64,000 nt of DNA from Octopus sinensis. Taxonomy: Eukaryota. Each line of letters begins with the position of its first letter. Position 1 is the stretch's first letter. Location: contig NC_043005.1 of assembly GCF_006345805.1 (NCBI RefSeq), forward strand, positions 24,180,001-24,244,000, in the 5' to 3' direction. Positions 39,420 through 53,587 of the stretch are shown here, one piece after another. Below the pieces are notes generated by a model, which was not told the DNA's origin, made no database searches, and was given only the letters and a program-made list of their open reading frames with translations. A program made the translations under genes and the position numbers.

Positions 39420-39615
39420 CCATTATTGATCGCTAGCCACTAAAGCTTTTTTTCTATTCTCTCTCTGTTTATTTTCTCGTATTCCTTTCTGTTGAAAAGC
39501 GTAGGCTTGAAACGTAAAATACTTTGTCCCCTTCCCGAGCGTTAAACTAATACATCTGTTTGTTGTTTATACACCTGTCTTCGTCTTTTGTTTTTATCGT
39601 AAATTCAAACTATAT
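39420..39615 (+). mobile_element. Short repeat family with HHR-like motif (copy 3)
   Basis: ttt-CTGTTGA-a-aagc-gtag-gctt-GAAA-c-GTA-aaa at 39486-39519. Confidence 0.65.
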
Positions 39616-39618
39616 ATA

Positions 39619-39982
39619 CAGGCTGATTCAAAAGTCGCCATACATAGGAACAATTTATCTTTTTATAAGAAACGGTCTATAAGAACTATTTTTATTATTT
39701 AACAGGCTCTATATGGTTACCCTTGTTTTGAACACACATTGCAAAACGTTTACCCCACTCATTGTGAACTCGTAATAGCACATCTAGTGATACTTATGCA
39801 AATGATTTGGTAATGCGTTCCTTCAAATGATTTATGTTTTTCATCTTTCCGGGATACGCCATACCTTTCAAATACCCCAAAAGATAGAAATCATGAGGGC
39901 TCAGATCAGGGAATCTAGGATATCTTATAAACTGTTGCTTATAAAAAGTTTTTCTATGTATGGAGACTTTTGAATCACCCTG
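39619..39982 (-). mobile_element. Mariner-derived MITE with TIRs and TA TSD
   Basis: TIR cagg(c/g)tgattcaaaagtc(g/t)ccatacatag. Remnant RFPDLSPHDFYLLGYLK..NINHLKERI. Confidence 0.88.
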
Positions 39983-40018
39983 TATATATCTATATATATA
40001 TATATATATATATATAAT

Positions 40019-40049
<31 letters not shown>

Positions 40050-40115
40050 ATATGTATATATATATACATATAATATGTATATATATATATATATGTATAC
40101 ATATAATATGTATAA

Positions 40116-40150
<35 letters not shown>

Positions 40151-40153
40151 ATA

Positions 40154-40218
<65 letters not shown>

Positions 40219-40938
40219 ATATATCATGTCTGCAGCCAAATGATTGAAGTAAGTAGAAGATGAAAGATGAAAGATACATATGTATGTGCGTGTGTGTCCT
40301 TTGGTTACTAGAGATAAGACTGAGAAAGTGCTGTGCTTCTGACTATTATTAAACCAGAAACACTTACCCACAATTGTCCTCTTATCTACTGAAGCTAAGT
40401 ATGTTCTTTTCCTCAATGGAATGACGCTTTCGGAGAAATTCTTGATTCTTTATTTCCTATTCTCATGTGGAGTTGTTCTCAATTGCCATTTCGTAATTAT
40501 GGTGCATCATCTATCAATAAATCAAGAATTCATGCTTTATGGCATTTGAAATTCATGTATTTGTCTGTTATTCAGATACATGCCATTAGCCACTCTGAGC
40601 TAATTCTCTTTGCTTACTTTTGTTTGTAAATGTATATTCTACTTAAAGGAAGATAGTGAGAAAAAGAGTGAAAGAGAATTGGCAGCATCTTATATAATGA
40701 TTTTTGTTAATATGAATATTCGGTAACCGATGAAAAAATTTTCTTTTGCAGGAAAAATAACTACAAAAACAAATACTTTGATTTTGAAGAAAACAAAGTA
40801 GAAAATAGAAGTTGAAATTGCCTTCAGTGTTTTAAGTATTATATTTCTATAAATATTTCAGACGAGACTGATCAATAACTGAAGAGTAAATGTGAAGTGT
40901 ATTGTTAGGTAGTTATTATAGTTAGATGGATGCATAAA

Positions 40939-40973
<35 letters not shown>

Positions 40974-41932
40974 TCTAGATTTATAGATATATGGGGATAG
41001 AGAAAAGGGGGCGCTTTTAATGGCTTAGCCAGGACAGCGTCCATCATCTTAACGGGTGCTCCGAATTTATGAGTTTAGAAGTGAGAGAAAGAGAGAGAGA
41101 AGAGGGGAGTAGAGAGAAAGCTTGGCCTATGTATTGTTGTAATAAAAAGTGGCGCATCAAGATATCGTGTAATGTACCTTCTGGATGAAAACCTGGTCTA
41201 AATAATTACAACAGAATTCACTCGCCGAAAGTTACACTATATCTAATCAAAAAAATATAGCTCACCCGGGGAGCTCCTGTATTAATTACCTCAACACAAT
41301 TTTATTCATATTGCTTGGTACGACACCACATGTTGAGGGAGGAGACATTTGCCCATGATATCCTGTAGCGGAATCGAAGCAAAACGCGCTTGATAGGAAA
41401 CACATGAATGTAATTTCACCGCCAGGTTCAGAAGTAAAGTTAGTAAAATACGAGGCAAAACATAAATAAATAAATAAATAAAAACGTAAGAAAGAAATTT
41501 ATGGTCAAATTCCACCTTTTTCTACTTGTGTTGCTCAACAACTCAGTGAACGAATTTCTCGCCTGTAGGGAATCGCACATTCACACATACATGCATATAT
41601 ATATATAGAATGCATACATACATAGATACATAATAAATACGCACATAGATATTTACATACATTCGTACATACCGTAATATATGTTATGTGTGTTTCAGAC
41701 AGTCAGTCAGCAGCTGGTCTAAAAGCAGAAACATTACGTATCATAAAACATATTCAGACAAATACATAAAAAAAGTCAACAGATGTACTGTGCTTTGTGA
41801 TGGAGTATGGTGTGTGTGTTGGTAGGAAGGCTATTATCTGTCAGTTATTATACTATGAGCCTTCCATAGTAGCTTTCTCTCCGCAACTCGCAAAACCTTT
41901 CAGGTTTGTTGATAAAAATATTATTTATGTGG

Positions 41933-42012
<80 letters not shown>

Positions 42013-42084
42013 ATATATAGATATATATATAGATATATATATATAATATATATATTATATATATATAGTATATATATATATATA

Positions 42085-42737
<653 letters not shown>

Positions 42738-43028
42738 ACAAATAAGAAAATGGAGAAACAAATTTGGTTCGTTCATCAACTTACGGATATTATAATGTTG
42801 GATTATTTATTCATTTTACAAATGAGATCATCAAAAGCATACAATATTATATAAATCGAGAAGATAATAAATTAAATATAGATTTTAAAAGTCATAGTAT
42901 AAATTAATGAAATACTAAAAATTACTTCTTACACCTTTTTCAGCCTATGGTCAAAAGTAAATCTAATTTTCATTGCCTATAGATGTCAACGTACTAAAGC
43001 TGTAGGCATCTAAAAAATATATTACTTA

Positions 43029-43745
43029 CATTGGGTCATCCCATAAATAATGCGGATATTCTATACCTATTTTTCAAAACTTGGATTAATAAAGTTCTTT
43101 TTAAATTCTAAAATATACTGTCCTTCATTTTCTACACTATCTGGTAGATTTGCAAGGCCTATCTTCCAAAATTAACTTGTCCGTGATGCAAAATACTCCT
43201 CCAGTACTGGTCAGACCTCATCTGTAGAATTTTCCGTCCAAATGATTTTAAAAACTGCGGAATAAATGATAATCAGATGGGACAATGTCTAGCGAATATG
43301 GTTTGTGGGGCATTGCTTCCTTCTAAACTGCTCCAGCCTTTGGAAGGTCATCCTCACTCTATGTGGCCGAGTATTATCCTGATAGAACACCTTACGTTGT
43401 AAAACCAAAGCTGTTTTTTTCTCCGATGGCACGTGAGTATCGATGATTGGTTGTATGACCAAATCCAAGCTTCTCTGCTAGTTCCTCAACAATTACGATG
43501 GCATTTTGTTCCACCAGGGTTTACAGGACGTCTTCATTGAATTCTACGGATTTTCTAGGTTGTTGTTTGCGGGTCCGAATTTCTAAAACCACCGTTTACA
43601 CAGGCTTACGCTTATTGTCCGATCCCCATATACTGCATTAATATTCTTCGCACTTTCCGTGGCGTTGTTGCTTTTATTGAACTCATAAAGTAAAATATGC
43701 CGAATATGCTTCTTTGTCACCATTATAGCTTTCAAAAAATAACTG
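43029..43745 (-). mobile_element. Mariner (Mos1/SETMAR-type) transposon, decayed and internally deleted
   Basis: ATG at 43723: MVTKKHIRHILLYEFNKSNNATESAKNINAVYG..CKRWF*. Later HDNTRPH..HKPYSLDIVPSDYHLFRS. One TIR cattgggtcatcccataaataatgcgg. Confidence 0.88.
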
Positions 43746-43774
43746 TCAAAATCGAACAGTAATCTTCAAAACTT

Positions 43775-44703
43775 TACTATGAAGAAGGAAAAGGTAAAAT
43801 TACTACCTACTTTATAGCAAGCTGATGCAGATAGTTTATGGCAAGAAAATCCCCTTCATGGCAAATACTGGGCTAAACTAAGCGCAAAGGAAATTGACAA
43901 AGCAAAATCCCAGCAATGGTTGAGAAGCTCAGGACCTAAAGCAGGGACGGAGGGATTTTTAATTGCAGCACACGGCCAAAGCCTCCCAACAAGAAATTAC
44001 AAAAAACATATAATAAAAAGAAATATAACAAGTAACTGCAGAATATGCGGAGATGAACAAGAAACAATAAACCATATTGTCTCTGGTTGCCCAGTCCTGG
44101 CTAAGAAGGAATATATTCACAGACACGACAGAGTTTGGACCTATATACACTGGAAGCTATGCCAACACTATGGAATAACAACATAAAAAGATGGTATAAG
44201 CACACGCCAGAAAAGGTCACAGAAAATGAGAAAGCAACAATACTATGGGATATGCCAGTATACACAGATAGAGAAATTAAGGCCAATAGGCTAGATATAG
44301 TTGTCAGAGATCATGAAGGAAATGCTTTCTAATTGATGTATCAAAAGCAACAGATGAAAAGGTCTCTCTAAATGAAATGGAGAAAATTTCAAAATACAAA
44401 GACCTGGAAATATAGGTAACTCGAATGTGGAGTCTAAAAACAGAAATAATTCCTATCATAGTAGGCGCATTATGTATCATAAAAAAAAATATTCAGACAA
44501 ATACATAACAAAAACATCAGGACTAACAAATATATATAACATACAGAAAATAGCACTACAAGGCACTGCACACACCCTACAGAAAGCACTTCCAATACAG
44601 TAACTATAAGAGCATCACAGCAAACCACAGTATATACCCAAGCCCAAGTCACACGGAGCTGCGCTCGGTAGTACAGTGAAAACACGTTATAAAAATAGGA
44701 CTA

Positions 44704-44706
<3 letters not shown>
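43775..44706 (+). mobile_element. R4/Dong-clade (RLE) non-LTR retrotransposon 3' fragment with TAA tail
   Basis: PLHGKYW..TEGFLIAAHGQSLPTRNY..CRICGDEQETINHIVSGC..RHDRV..ILWD..NRLDIV..LIDV..KYKDL, then 3'UTR and (TAA)n. Confidence 0.9.

Positions 44707-44765
<59 letters not shown>
44707..44765. repeat. (TAA)n, about 19 units
   Basis: Direct reading. Confidence 0.97.
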
Positions 44766-44766
<1 letters not shown>

Positions 44767-45210
44767 GCCGGAAACGGAGGCTCTAATCTGTGCTGTCCAA
44801 GAGGAAGCACTAAGGACTAATTTCATCAAACGCAGAATAGACAACACATCAGCAAGTGATAAGTGCAGAATTTGTGGACAAAATAGTGAAACCGTATTGC
44901 ATATAACCAGTCAATGTACGCCACTAGCCCAGAAAGAATATAAGAGATATCATGACAATATAGCAAGGATCGTCCATTGGACACTTTGTGACAAGTATGA
45001 ACTTAACAGAGCAAAAAAGTGGTACGAGCATAAACCTAAAGGCATCACCGAAAAGGATAATGCAAAGATCTTATGGGATTTTATGATTACGTGCGACTAT
45101 GAAATAGAGAACATAAAACCAGACATAATGTTAATTGAGAAAGAAAGCAAACGATGCTACATCATAGATATAGCATGTCCAGCTGACAACAAGGACAAAG
45201 AAGTTGTATG
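44764..45210 (+). mobile_element. Second R4/Dong-clade fragment (different subfamily)
   Basis: KPETEALICAVQEEALRTN..CRICGQNSETVLHITSQC..YHDNIARIVHW..ILWDF..KPDIMLI..IIDIACP. Confidence 0.9.
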
Positions 45211-45392
45211 AGAAAACTTCAGAAGGAGTCACCGAAAATAAGAATTGCAAAATCCTGTGGAATGCAACGATCCAATGAGATCACTTGATCCGACATCGGA
45301 AACCTGATATTGTTGTGGTGAATAAGAAAGAAAGAACATGTATGATAATCGACATATCATGCCCTGGAGACGAAAGGACCAATGTGAAAGAA
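45211..45392 (+). mobile_element. Third R4/Dong-clade fragment (RLE core)
   Basis: EGVTENKNCKILWNATIQ*DHLIRHRKPDIVVVNKKERTCMIIDISCPGD. Confidence 0.85.
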
Positions 45393-45394
45393 CT

Positions 45395-46287
45395 CATACT
45401 GAACTCATTAGAAATAGCAGCCAAAAAAGTTTTTTAGCTATTTCTAATACTTAAAGAAAATTTCTCTCAGATAGTGTTTACTCAGAATAAACACTATCTG
45501 AGTAAACACTATCTGAGAGAAATTTTCTTTAAGTATTAGAAATAGCTAAAAAACTTTTTTGGCTGCTATTTCTAATGAGTTCAGTATGTGGCAAAGTAAT
45601 TTATTTTACTAAGCCCTTTTATATTAATGTAATATTTTGAATTCGCCTTAAATGGTCCTTTTACATACTGAATACTTGGTGAAATTGATTAATAACTAAT
45701 TAATTTTACCCTCAATTGTTGAAATTATAATTCATTTCTCTCTGTTTATTGCCTCGGTTTTCACCGCTAAAATATGGTGTTTGCTAGTTTAGCCCACGTG
45801 GGTGGAAAGGGAGAACAGGAATTCTTCGCTTGCATATTTTGAATTTGTTGGCACTGTCAGTTTGAGCGGGGCGTCTGAGGTGTTAAGTCGCCAAAAGGGT
45901 ATGTTCCTACTTTCAGTGTTTCCAAATCCAAATTAAGAAATTTTGGGCTGACGAAAGAAATGTCGAATTTTATTTGGCTGATATAGAAACGTAACGTTCT
46001 CAAATAATCTTTGCACTTGTGATTTTTTAATGTTTTTTTACCCCCATACCTTCGTGGGTTATTCTGAGTAAACACTATCTGAGAGAAATTTTCTTTAAGT
46101 ATTAGAAATAGCTAAAAAACTTTTTTGGCTGCTATTTCTAATGAGTTCAGTATGTGGCAAAGTAATTTATTTTACTAAGCCCTTTTATATTAATGTAATA
46201 TTTTGAATTCGCCTTAAATGGTCCTTTTACATACTGAATACTTGGTGAAATTGATTAATAACTAATTAATTTTACCCTCAATTGTTG

Positions 46288-46294
<7 letters not shown>
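45395..46294. repeat. 92-bp-arm hairpin overlapping a 232-bp direct repeat (Penelope-like architecture)
   Basis: 45395-45486 is inverted at 45498-45588. 45498-45729 is repeated directly at 46063-46294. Confidence 0.88.
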
Positions 46295-46337
<43 letters not shown>

Positions 46338-46399
46338 ATATATAATATATATATGCATATATACGTATATGTGTACACACACGCATTCATACACATATA

Positions 46400-46570
46400 C
46401 ATATATATATACACGACAGGATTCTTTCAGTTTCCATTTATCAAATTCATTCACAAGGTTTTGGTCGGCCTGAGGTTATAGCAGAGGATACTTGCCCAAA
46501 GTTACACGAAGTGAGACCGAAAGCGGGACTGTGTGTTCGAGAGGCAAATTTCTTAGCACACAGCTGCTAT
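46400..46570 (-). mobile_element. SINE family A 5' half, diverged
   Basis: cgacaggattctttcagtttcc..cacaaggttttggtcggcc..atacttgccca. Confidence 0.75.
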
Positions 46571-46604
46571 TTTATTGATATTTCTTAATATTTAACATTT
46601 GGAA

Positions 46605-46815
46605 GATGGTCACCGACCAGATTCGTTAGCACGCCGGACGAAATGCTTACGAGTATTCTGTCCGTATTTAAATTGAAATTGCGCCGATGTTGACTTTGCC
46701 TTTTCATCCTTTCGGAATCGATAAAATAAGTACCAGTTGTGTACTGGGGTCGATGTAATCGACTTACACCATCACCAGAAATTGCTGGTTTTGTGCCAAA
46801 ATTTGAAACCAATAT
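46605..46815 (+). mobile_element. SINE family C
   Basis: ttcgttagcacgccgg..gactttgccttttcatcctttcg..gtactggggtcgatgtaatcgac..gtgccaaaatttgaaacc. Confidence 0.82.
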
Positions 46816-47145
46816 TTAACTCCGATTTTTCATATTTTATTCTTAGGAAGCTTTGCGACCTATTTTTCAACATTTGTTTATCTACTTTTTAAAATTTATG
46901 TATTAATTTATTATTTTATACCCATTTCAACCAAAGCATAATTAAGTTTAAGTCAAGTAATGGGTTATTTCTCTTCTTTCCTCTGAACGATACAGAGAGG
47001 ATTCTTTCTTCCCGCCAGCGGGACAAGTATTTGATTCGCGATGGATGAAGTTGTTTAGCGACCATCTTATCGTTGACACAAAAACGTATGAGTTCTACAA
47101 CTGTATCTTTCAATAAATATAGACCCCTATTACTAACGATATCGA

Positions 47146-47470
47146 GGTCTACACACGATTTGTCACAGGCAATTTGTCGATGTCTACGCACGATTTGTCA
47201 CAGGCAATTTGTCGATGTCGACACACAATTTGTCACAGGCAATTTGTCGATGTCTACAGACGATTTGCCACAGGCAATTTGTCGATGTCTACAGACGATT
47301 TGCCACAGGCAATTTGTCGATGTCTACACACGATTTGTCACAGGCAATTTGTCGATGTCTACACACGATTTGTCACAGGCAATTTGTCGATGTCTACACA
47401 CGATTTGTCACAGGCAATTTGTCGATGTCGACACACGATTTGTCACACACAATTTGTCGATGTCTACACG
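47146..47470. repeat. 35-bp minisatellite, about 9 copies
   Basis: Unit gtctacacacgatttgtcacaggcaatttgtcgat, tandem with no spacers. Confidence 0.95.
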
Positions 47471-48319
47471 CATACACACACATGCACGCACATAGACACA
47501 CACACAATCACACACACATACAAGCACACACTTTCATGCACATACACACACACACACGCACACGTATACGTATCATATAATATTAGTAATTCTTTTATTC
47601 TTTTTCCTAGGCGGTATTGGAATTTCTCTCCGTATGAGATTTCTCTCCGTCATCTGCTCACAGTCTGTTACAATAACCACTTACGTTCCGATTCAGTTTC
47701 ACATTGCAGCCTCTATCTCCACATTGTAATTTCAGTTTCTCCAACTCGTCTTCTTTCTCTTCTTCCTATTTGTACTGTTGATTTGTTTCCTCCTGTATCT
47801 AGAAATATCACGCCAACGAGGTGTAAAGCTTTTCCTTATATCATCGCGAATGTTGAACGTATACATTTACTAACGTAGGTAAAATCAAGTAACGAGGCAT
47901 AAATGCAATATTCAAAAGTTTTATGTGAAACGTGTTTATTTCATAAAACTGATTAATGCTGAAAACGATTATATATGTGTGTGTGTGTGTGTGTGGTGTG
48001 TGTGTGTGTGTGTCTGTGTATGTGTGTGTGTGCATGTGTGTGTGAGTGTGTGTCTGTGTGCGCATGCATACCCTCTCTCTTCCTTCTCTCTCTCTCTCTA
48101 TATATATATATTAATAATAAAAGGGTAAAATTAATTAATTAATTAATTGATTAATTAATCAATTAATCAATTAATAGTTTTCCCAAGTAGATCGGTACGT
48201 TAAAATAACATTTTTAGGTAAAATTACACAAATATTCTATAATGTGGTTTGGAAGCAAGCTTCTCACTACTCACCCACTTCTGCACCTACATATATGATA
48301 TATATGTCTTTCTGCCTGG

Positions 48320-48520
48320 GTTTGTCCGCGACGACCGCTTCACAGCCGGTGTTGGTGTGTTTACACCCCTGGTACTTTGCAGTTTGGCAAAAGAGACCAG
48401 TAGAATAAGTATCAAGCTTAAAAAAGAGAAAGAAAAAAGTACTGGGGTGGATGCATTCGACAAAAAATTCAAGGCATTGTTGTAGCATGGCCACAGTCAG
48501 ATGACGGAAACAAGTAAAAG
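48320..48520 (+). mobile_element. SINE family A 3' half, diverged
   Basis: ggtgtgtttacacc..ggcaaaagagaccagtagaataagt..agcatggccacagtc. Confidence 0.75.
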
Positions 48521-49009
48521 ATATACATGCATACATAGACACATGCGCAATGCATCCGTTTAAGCACGCAGAGAGAAGATATACACACACGCATACTTAG
48601 AAGAGGATGAAATAGCTTCAGATTTAGGAAAAACGAAAGGGGTTGTATGAGTGCAAGGCAGACAGATTTAGGAAAAGATGAATTACTAATAAGAAATGGA
48701 AAATATGAAAATATGCTTTGTTAATTAGAATTCAATTTCGTAGCTACTTTAATAGAAATCGAAAACTCTTATACAAGTATGCGATGCACGTTAATTGGTA
48801 GTGTATAGAGTGCCGCCTGTCACTTTGCCAATAGATCGTTTTGTGACAATTAATACATCTTTCATACCACGGAGAGTTTTGCTGTAGTTGTTGTTGTTGT
48901 GGTTGTTTTGATATAATTATCATGTAAGTCACAGCAAATATCGTTGGTTGAATATTTAGTAATAATCTTTAATTATAAATTATTGCCTAACGATTTATAC
49001 AATCATTGG

Positions 49010-49336
49010 ATGTCGCTGTGGTGATGGTGATGGTGATGGTGATGATGTCAGTCGGTGGTGGCAGTGGTGATGTTGCTGATGGTGGCGGCGGCGGTGGTGA
49101 TGGTGGATATGTTGTGGTGGATTTGTCTGCAGCATTGTTGGATGTGAAGGGGGATGCGGTGATAGTGGCGTTTATAGATACGGTGTTGCAATGTGTGATA
49201 GAAGAAGCTGGCGGTGAAAGTTGGTTGCGATGATGGATACATCGGCATTTGTAGTGATGGCGTAGATGAGATGTTATTGGTGATAATAGCGGCAGATATG
49301 TAAGAGGATTCGTTGGTGTTGTTGGTGGTTGTGATA

Positions 49337-49340
<4 letters not shown>
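49010..49340. repeat. Degenerate (GGT/GAT)n low-complexity tract
   Basis: Direct reading. Source of the Gly/Thr/His-rich pseudo-ORFs. Confidence 0.8.
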
Positions 49341-49382
<42 letters not shown>

Positions 49383-49637
49383 TGCGTATCTATATATTCA
49401 TTTGTATATGCATATGTAAATATACATGCGTATATATACATATACCTTTCTATATTTTCCGACTTCTCTCTCACCGATGACGGTATACTTAGCATCCCTA
49501 CTCAATATCTAGATTCACATGCTTGGCTATTCTAGAATCAGCTGTAAGGAACTCTGTATGTTTATATCCTCTATTTAAATTAAATATTTTTCGAGTGATG
49601 CTAAATGGTTTGCTCTTTCCTTTTCTATTTTAATGAA

Positions 49638-49726
<89 letters not shown>

Positions 49727-50278
49727 ATATATATAAATGTATGTATGTATGTATGTATATATGGATGTACATGTATATACAAGCACACACCTATATGCAT
49801 ACATACATACGTAAATATAGTTCACGGATGAAATCCGGATATTCTCAGTATAGAAGACACTAAGACACTGAATAGTACTCAAAATATTCAAACATAGACT
49901 CTGATGTCTTTACAGAGAATTATTCTACGCGGTTGAGAAAAACTATAAGCGGGATCAGGTTGAACGTGTATAGAGCCAATTATGCGGAGAAACAAATTAG
50001 ACACATCAAATATATTAAAAATATTAAATACATCAAATACAGAATGTGTAAGTGAAATCGTTGTCGTGGCCAATGACAGTACCGCCTAATTGGTACCCGT
50101 ACTGGTGGCACGTATAAAGCACCATTTGAGCGTGGTCGATGCCAGCGCCGCCTGACTGGCTCCCGTGCCGTCTTTTTTTGCCTGTCCTTCTAATTATTGT
50201 TTTTCTTGTCCGCCTTTGTATAGTCTATCTGTCCGAACGTTTTAATGTCCTCTATTGCGTTTTCGTTCCATTTATACA

Positions 50279-50310
<32 letters not shown>

Positions 50311-52844
50311 CACATATATATATATATATATGGTTTGTAGGCTTTAGAATTGTCCAAAACCCTTATTCTTACTTATTTTGAACGAATACGGCAGACAGCC
50401 TTATCATCAGTAAATATTAATTATTTGTTCTTGACAATTCTCTGAGAAATATGGTACTTTTAATTAGTGCAGGACTTGATGGTTGATATTTTTAGAAGAA
50501 TATTCTGATCAATTGTTCGTGTGCTGAAATTTGTGAATGGACTCAATGTATGTTTTAGATACCCAACATGTCAAGTATGAAGATAATATCTTGATGACTA
50601 TATTTTTCCTGCTGTTAATCACGTTTGTAATACCTTCTACAGACAACTCAAATCGATATTTTCAATCATATCTTCTGTCTCTTTTGTTCCATCACATTCA
50701 GAATCTCTTTCGTTCAACACGTATTTTGTTATCATTTGCATAACTTTCTAATGCTATGCCTTTGTTTGGTCACTCAAACATTTCTCGAGACGCTTTTTGT
50801 AATATGTTTTAATAAGCTCCGGCTACTATTGTACCTGTAATTATGAAGAACAGGCAAGATAAAGAGGTCATTGGTGACAATACTTTTTGTTTAGAAAGTG
50901 CTTTTTTCACGTTTATCTATTCAGTATGAGCACAATCCTTTAACCATTATTCCATCTCTGTATCAATTGTTATTAAATCTTGTTGATTCACAGTATTGTA
51001 GGCATTTCACGTCGGCAATCTATAAATCATCAATAAAAATATAATGGAATAAATTGTGGTTCCTTGTAGAGCTTAGCGTCGAACTACTTGATATTTTTGA
51101 CGGAAATTGCAGTGGATTTAGGGAAAATATTAATCAGAAGTACAAATATGCCGTTTCTTTTAAATATTCATTTTGAAAGCCTTATTGCATGAAAGGCAAT
51201 CATGGTGCTTTCAGTTACAGAATTGTCAGGTCGAGAGCAGTAGAGGCGTTTTCTATTTTATTCTAGCTTTATTAATTAAGGTAGTTAGTGCTTACATTTT
51301 TAATGCTGTGCACATCTAATTAGAAATAATTATTTTTTAGGTAAAAGATAACATCAATTTGATTACAAGTATTATTTTAATGAATTAAGTAATTGTAGGA
51401 GTCGATTTCGGAATGTTTCGGTACAATTCAACTTCATCAGTAAAATTTAAAGTTCTCTATGTATGTAAAATACTGCTGAGAGAACCACTAAGTAAAATAC
51501 ATTAATAAACATAATATAAATTATCATTGACATTAATTACAATCAGACACCATCCGTTTGAAAAACAATGGTTTATGTTTATGCTGGTCATTGAACAAAA
51601 GCTGTCTTCTCTCACCCCATTCTTATCAGATTTCCGATATCCTCTACATTAAATATATTTACGCTAACACAATTACTGTTTTTAAAATTACTCGGCGCGC
51701 ACTTAACATATCCATGTTTCCAACAGTCCGCACTTGGTCAGACCTGAAAAGGTTTTAGAGGAACTGTGTGGAGAAAATTTGAGTAAAGCTTGCAGATAAT
51801 TTGTGATAAAGCAATAAGCCTAAAGTTTTTCTGTCAACTGGGTATTTTTTTGTTTTATTTCTGGTTTCAAGATTTATCATGCATTGACGAACCACTTTGC
51901 TATGCCAAGTTACGTAATTCTTTAAGTAATTTTCTATACAATATCATTCACCACTATCCTCTTACTTCAGGATTTAGGAGGCAGTCGCTTTCGGTCGTTA
52001 AATTTCCTTTTAGTGAGGACACAAAACGGAATGTTATTGTTTTCAGTTGTAATTCACTTACATTCCATATGTTGGCTATCATTCTTCCAAATCTTTTAGA
52101 GTATAAAGCTTTGGAATTTTCATAAGGATTTTCATTACACTCTGATGGAATTTGTTTTCATACTCCGATTTATAGTGCGTGGTTTAGAAGTAAAGCGGCG
52201 GGTATTACAGCTTCATTGACGTCTCGCTTTTTGGTTAGATTTTACAATTATATTTCCTTATTTATTTATTACATCTTTCTTCGGTAAGTGCATTTCTCAC
52301 ATATTGTTCTCTATTCATGTTTCAGAACTACTAATTGGCTCTCAATAATTTCGCATTTAAAAAAACAATGTTTAAATGTAATTCACTTTTCTTTCATGCA
52401 ATATACTTTGAGAACGTTGAACTTTATGTCAAACAAACTTAAATCTTGTACATCTAGCATGAGCAGTAGTAAATTCTTGAAAGTGAAACTTTCATCACCG
52501 AGCAGCAAAGACGAAGCATTAAAAGACAATTGCTATTTCTACAAAAGGCCGATAAAATATGGGGATGCACTAGAAAAAATTTCGAAAGCGACAGAAAATA
52601 GCATTACACACACACACACTTTCACACACTCACTCTAACTCTCTCTCTCTCTCTCTCTCTCTATGTCACGTGCACACATATATATTTGCATATATATATA
52701 TATACATATGCACAAACTCTGTGATGCACACACACACATACAACACACATGCGTCCCCTCTAAATCTCACTCCCTACCTCTCTCTCTCTTTCTCTCTCTC
52801 TGTCATACACATACACACATATATATTTGCATGTATATACATAT

Positions 52845-53060
52845 ACTCTTTTAAACTTTTACTTGTTTCAGTCATTTGACTGTGGGTATGCTGGAGCATT
52901 GCTTTTAGTCGAGCAAATCGACCCCAGGACTTATTCTTTGTAAGCTTAGTACTTATTCTATCGGTCTCTTTTGCCGAACTGCTAAATTACGGGGACATAA
53001 ACACACCAGCATCGGTTGTCAAGCGATGTTGGGGGGACAAACAGAGACACACAAATACAC

Positions 53061-53118
<58 letters not shown>

Positions 53119-53222
53119 GCATCCGTATATACGACAGGCTTCTTTCAGTTTCCGTCTATCAAATCCACTCACAAGGCTTTGGTCGGCCTGAGGCTATAGT
53201 AGAAGACACTTGCCCAAGATGC
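52845..53222 (-). mobile_element. SINE family A lacking its head
   Basis: Tail, microsatellite and core in reverse orientation. Confidence 0.88.
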
Positions 53223-53523
53223 ATACATGCATATATATGTATGTATACGTTCGTATATGTATGTATTCGTATGTTGTATTTATATTTATATGTATTTATG
53301 TTTCTTACTGTGTATATTTCACTGATGAGGGAAAGCATTCCTAAATGCAAAACAGAAATCCGGGATCTGGAATTATCCAGTAATTTTTTACTAGTTTCAT
53401 CTTGTCTCTGTCTTCTCTTCGTGTTGCTATATGGACACTTAGGGTGGTTTTAGAGTCAGATCATGGCTGGTATTTTCAGCATCGTAGTATCTCGTAGATA
53501 CCCTAATTTATAATTTTAATATA

Positions 53524-53587
<64 letters not shown>

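Noticed and set aside
41735-41780. Short match to the Dong C-terminal region at about 44470
   Set aside because: About 45 bp, AT-rich, too small to annotate independently.
47146-47470. 35-bp repeat array as a CRISPR array
   Set aside because: Units are directly adjacent with no unique spacers, there are no cas genes, and the context is eukaryotic.
50540-51000. Possible very old Helitron helicase remnant
   Set aside because: Only vague similarity; no PIF1 motif could be read with confidence.
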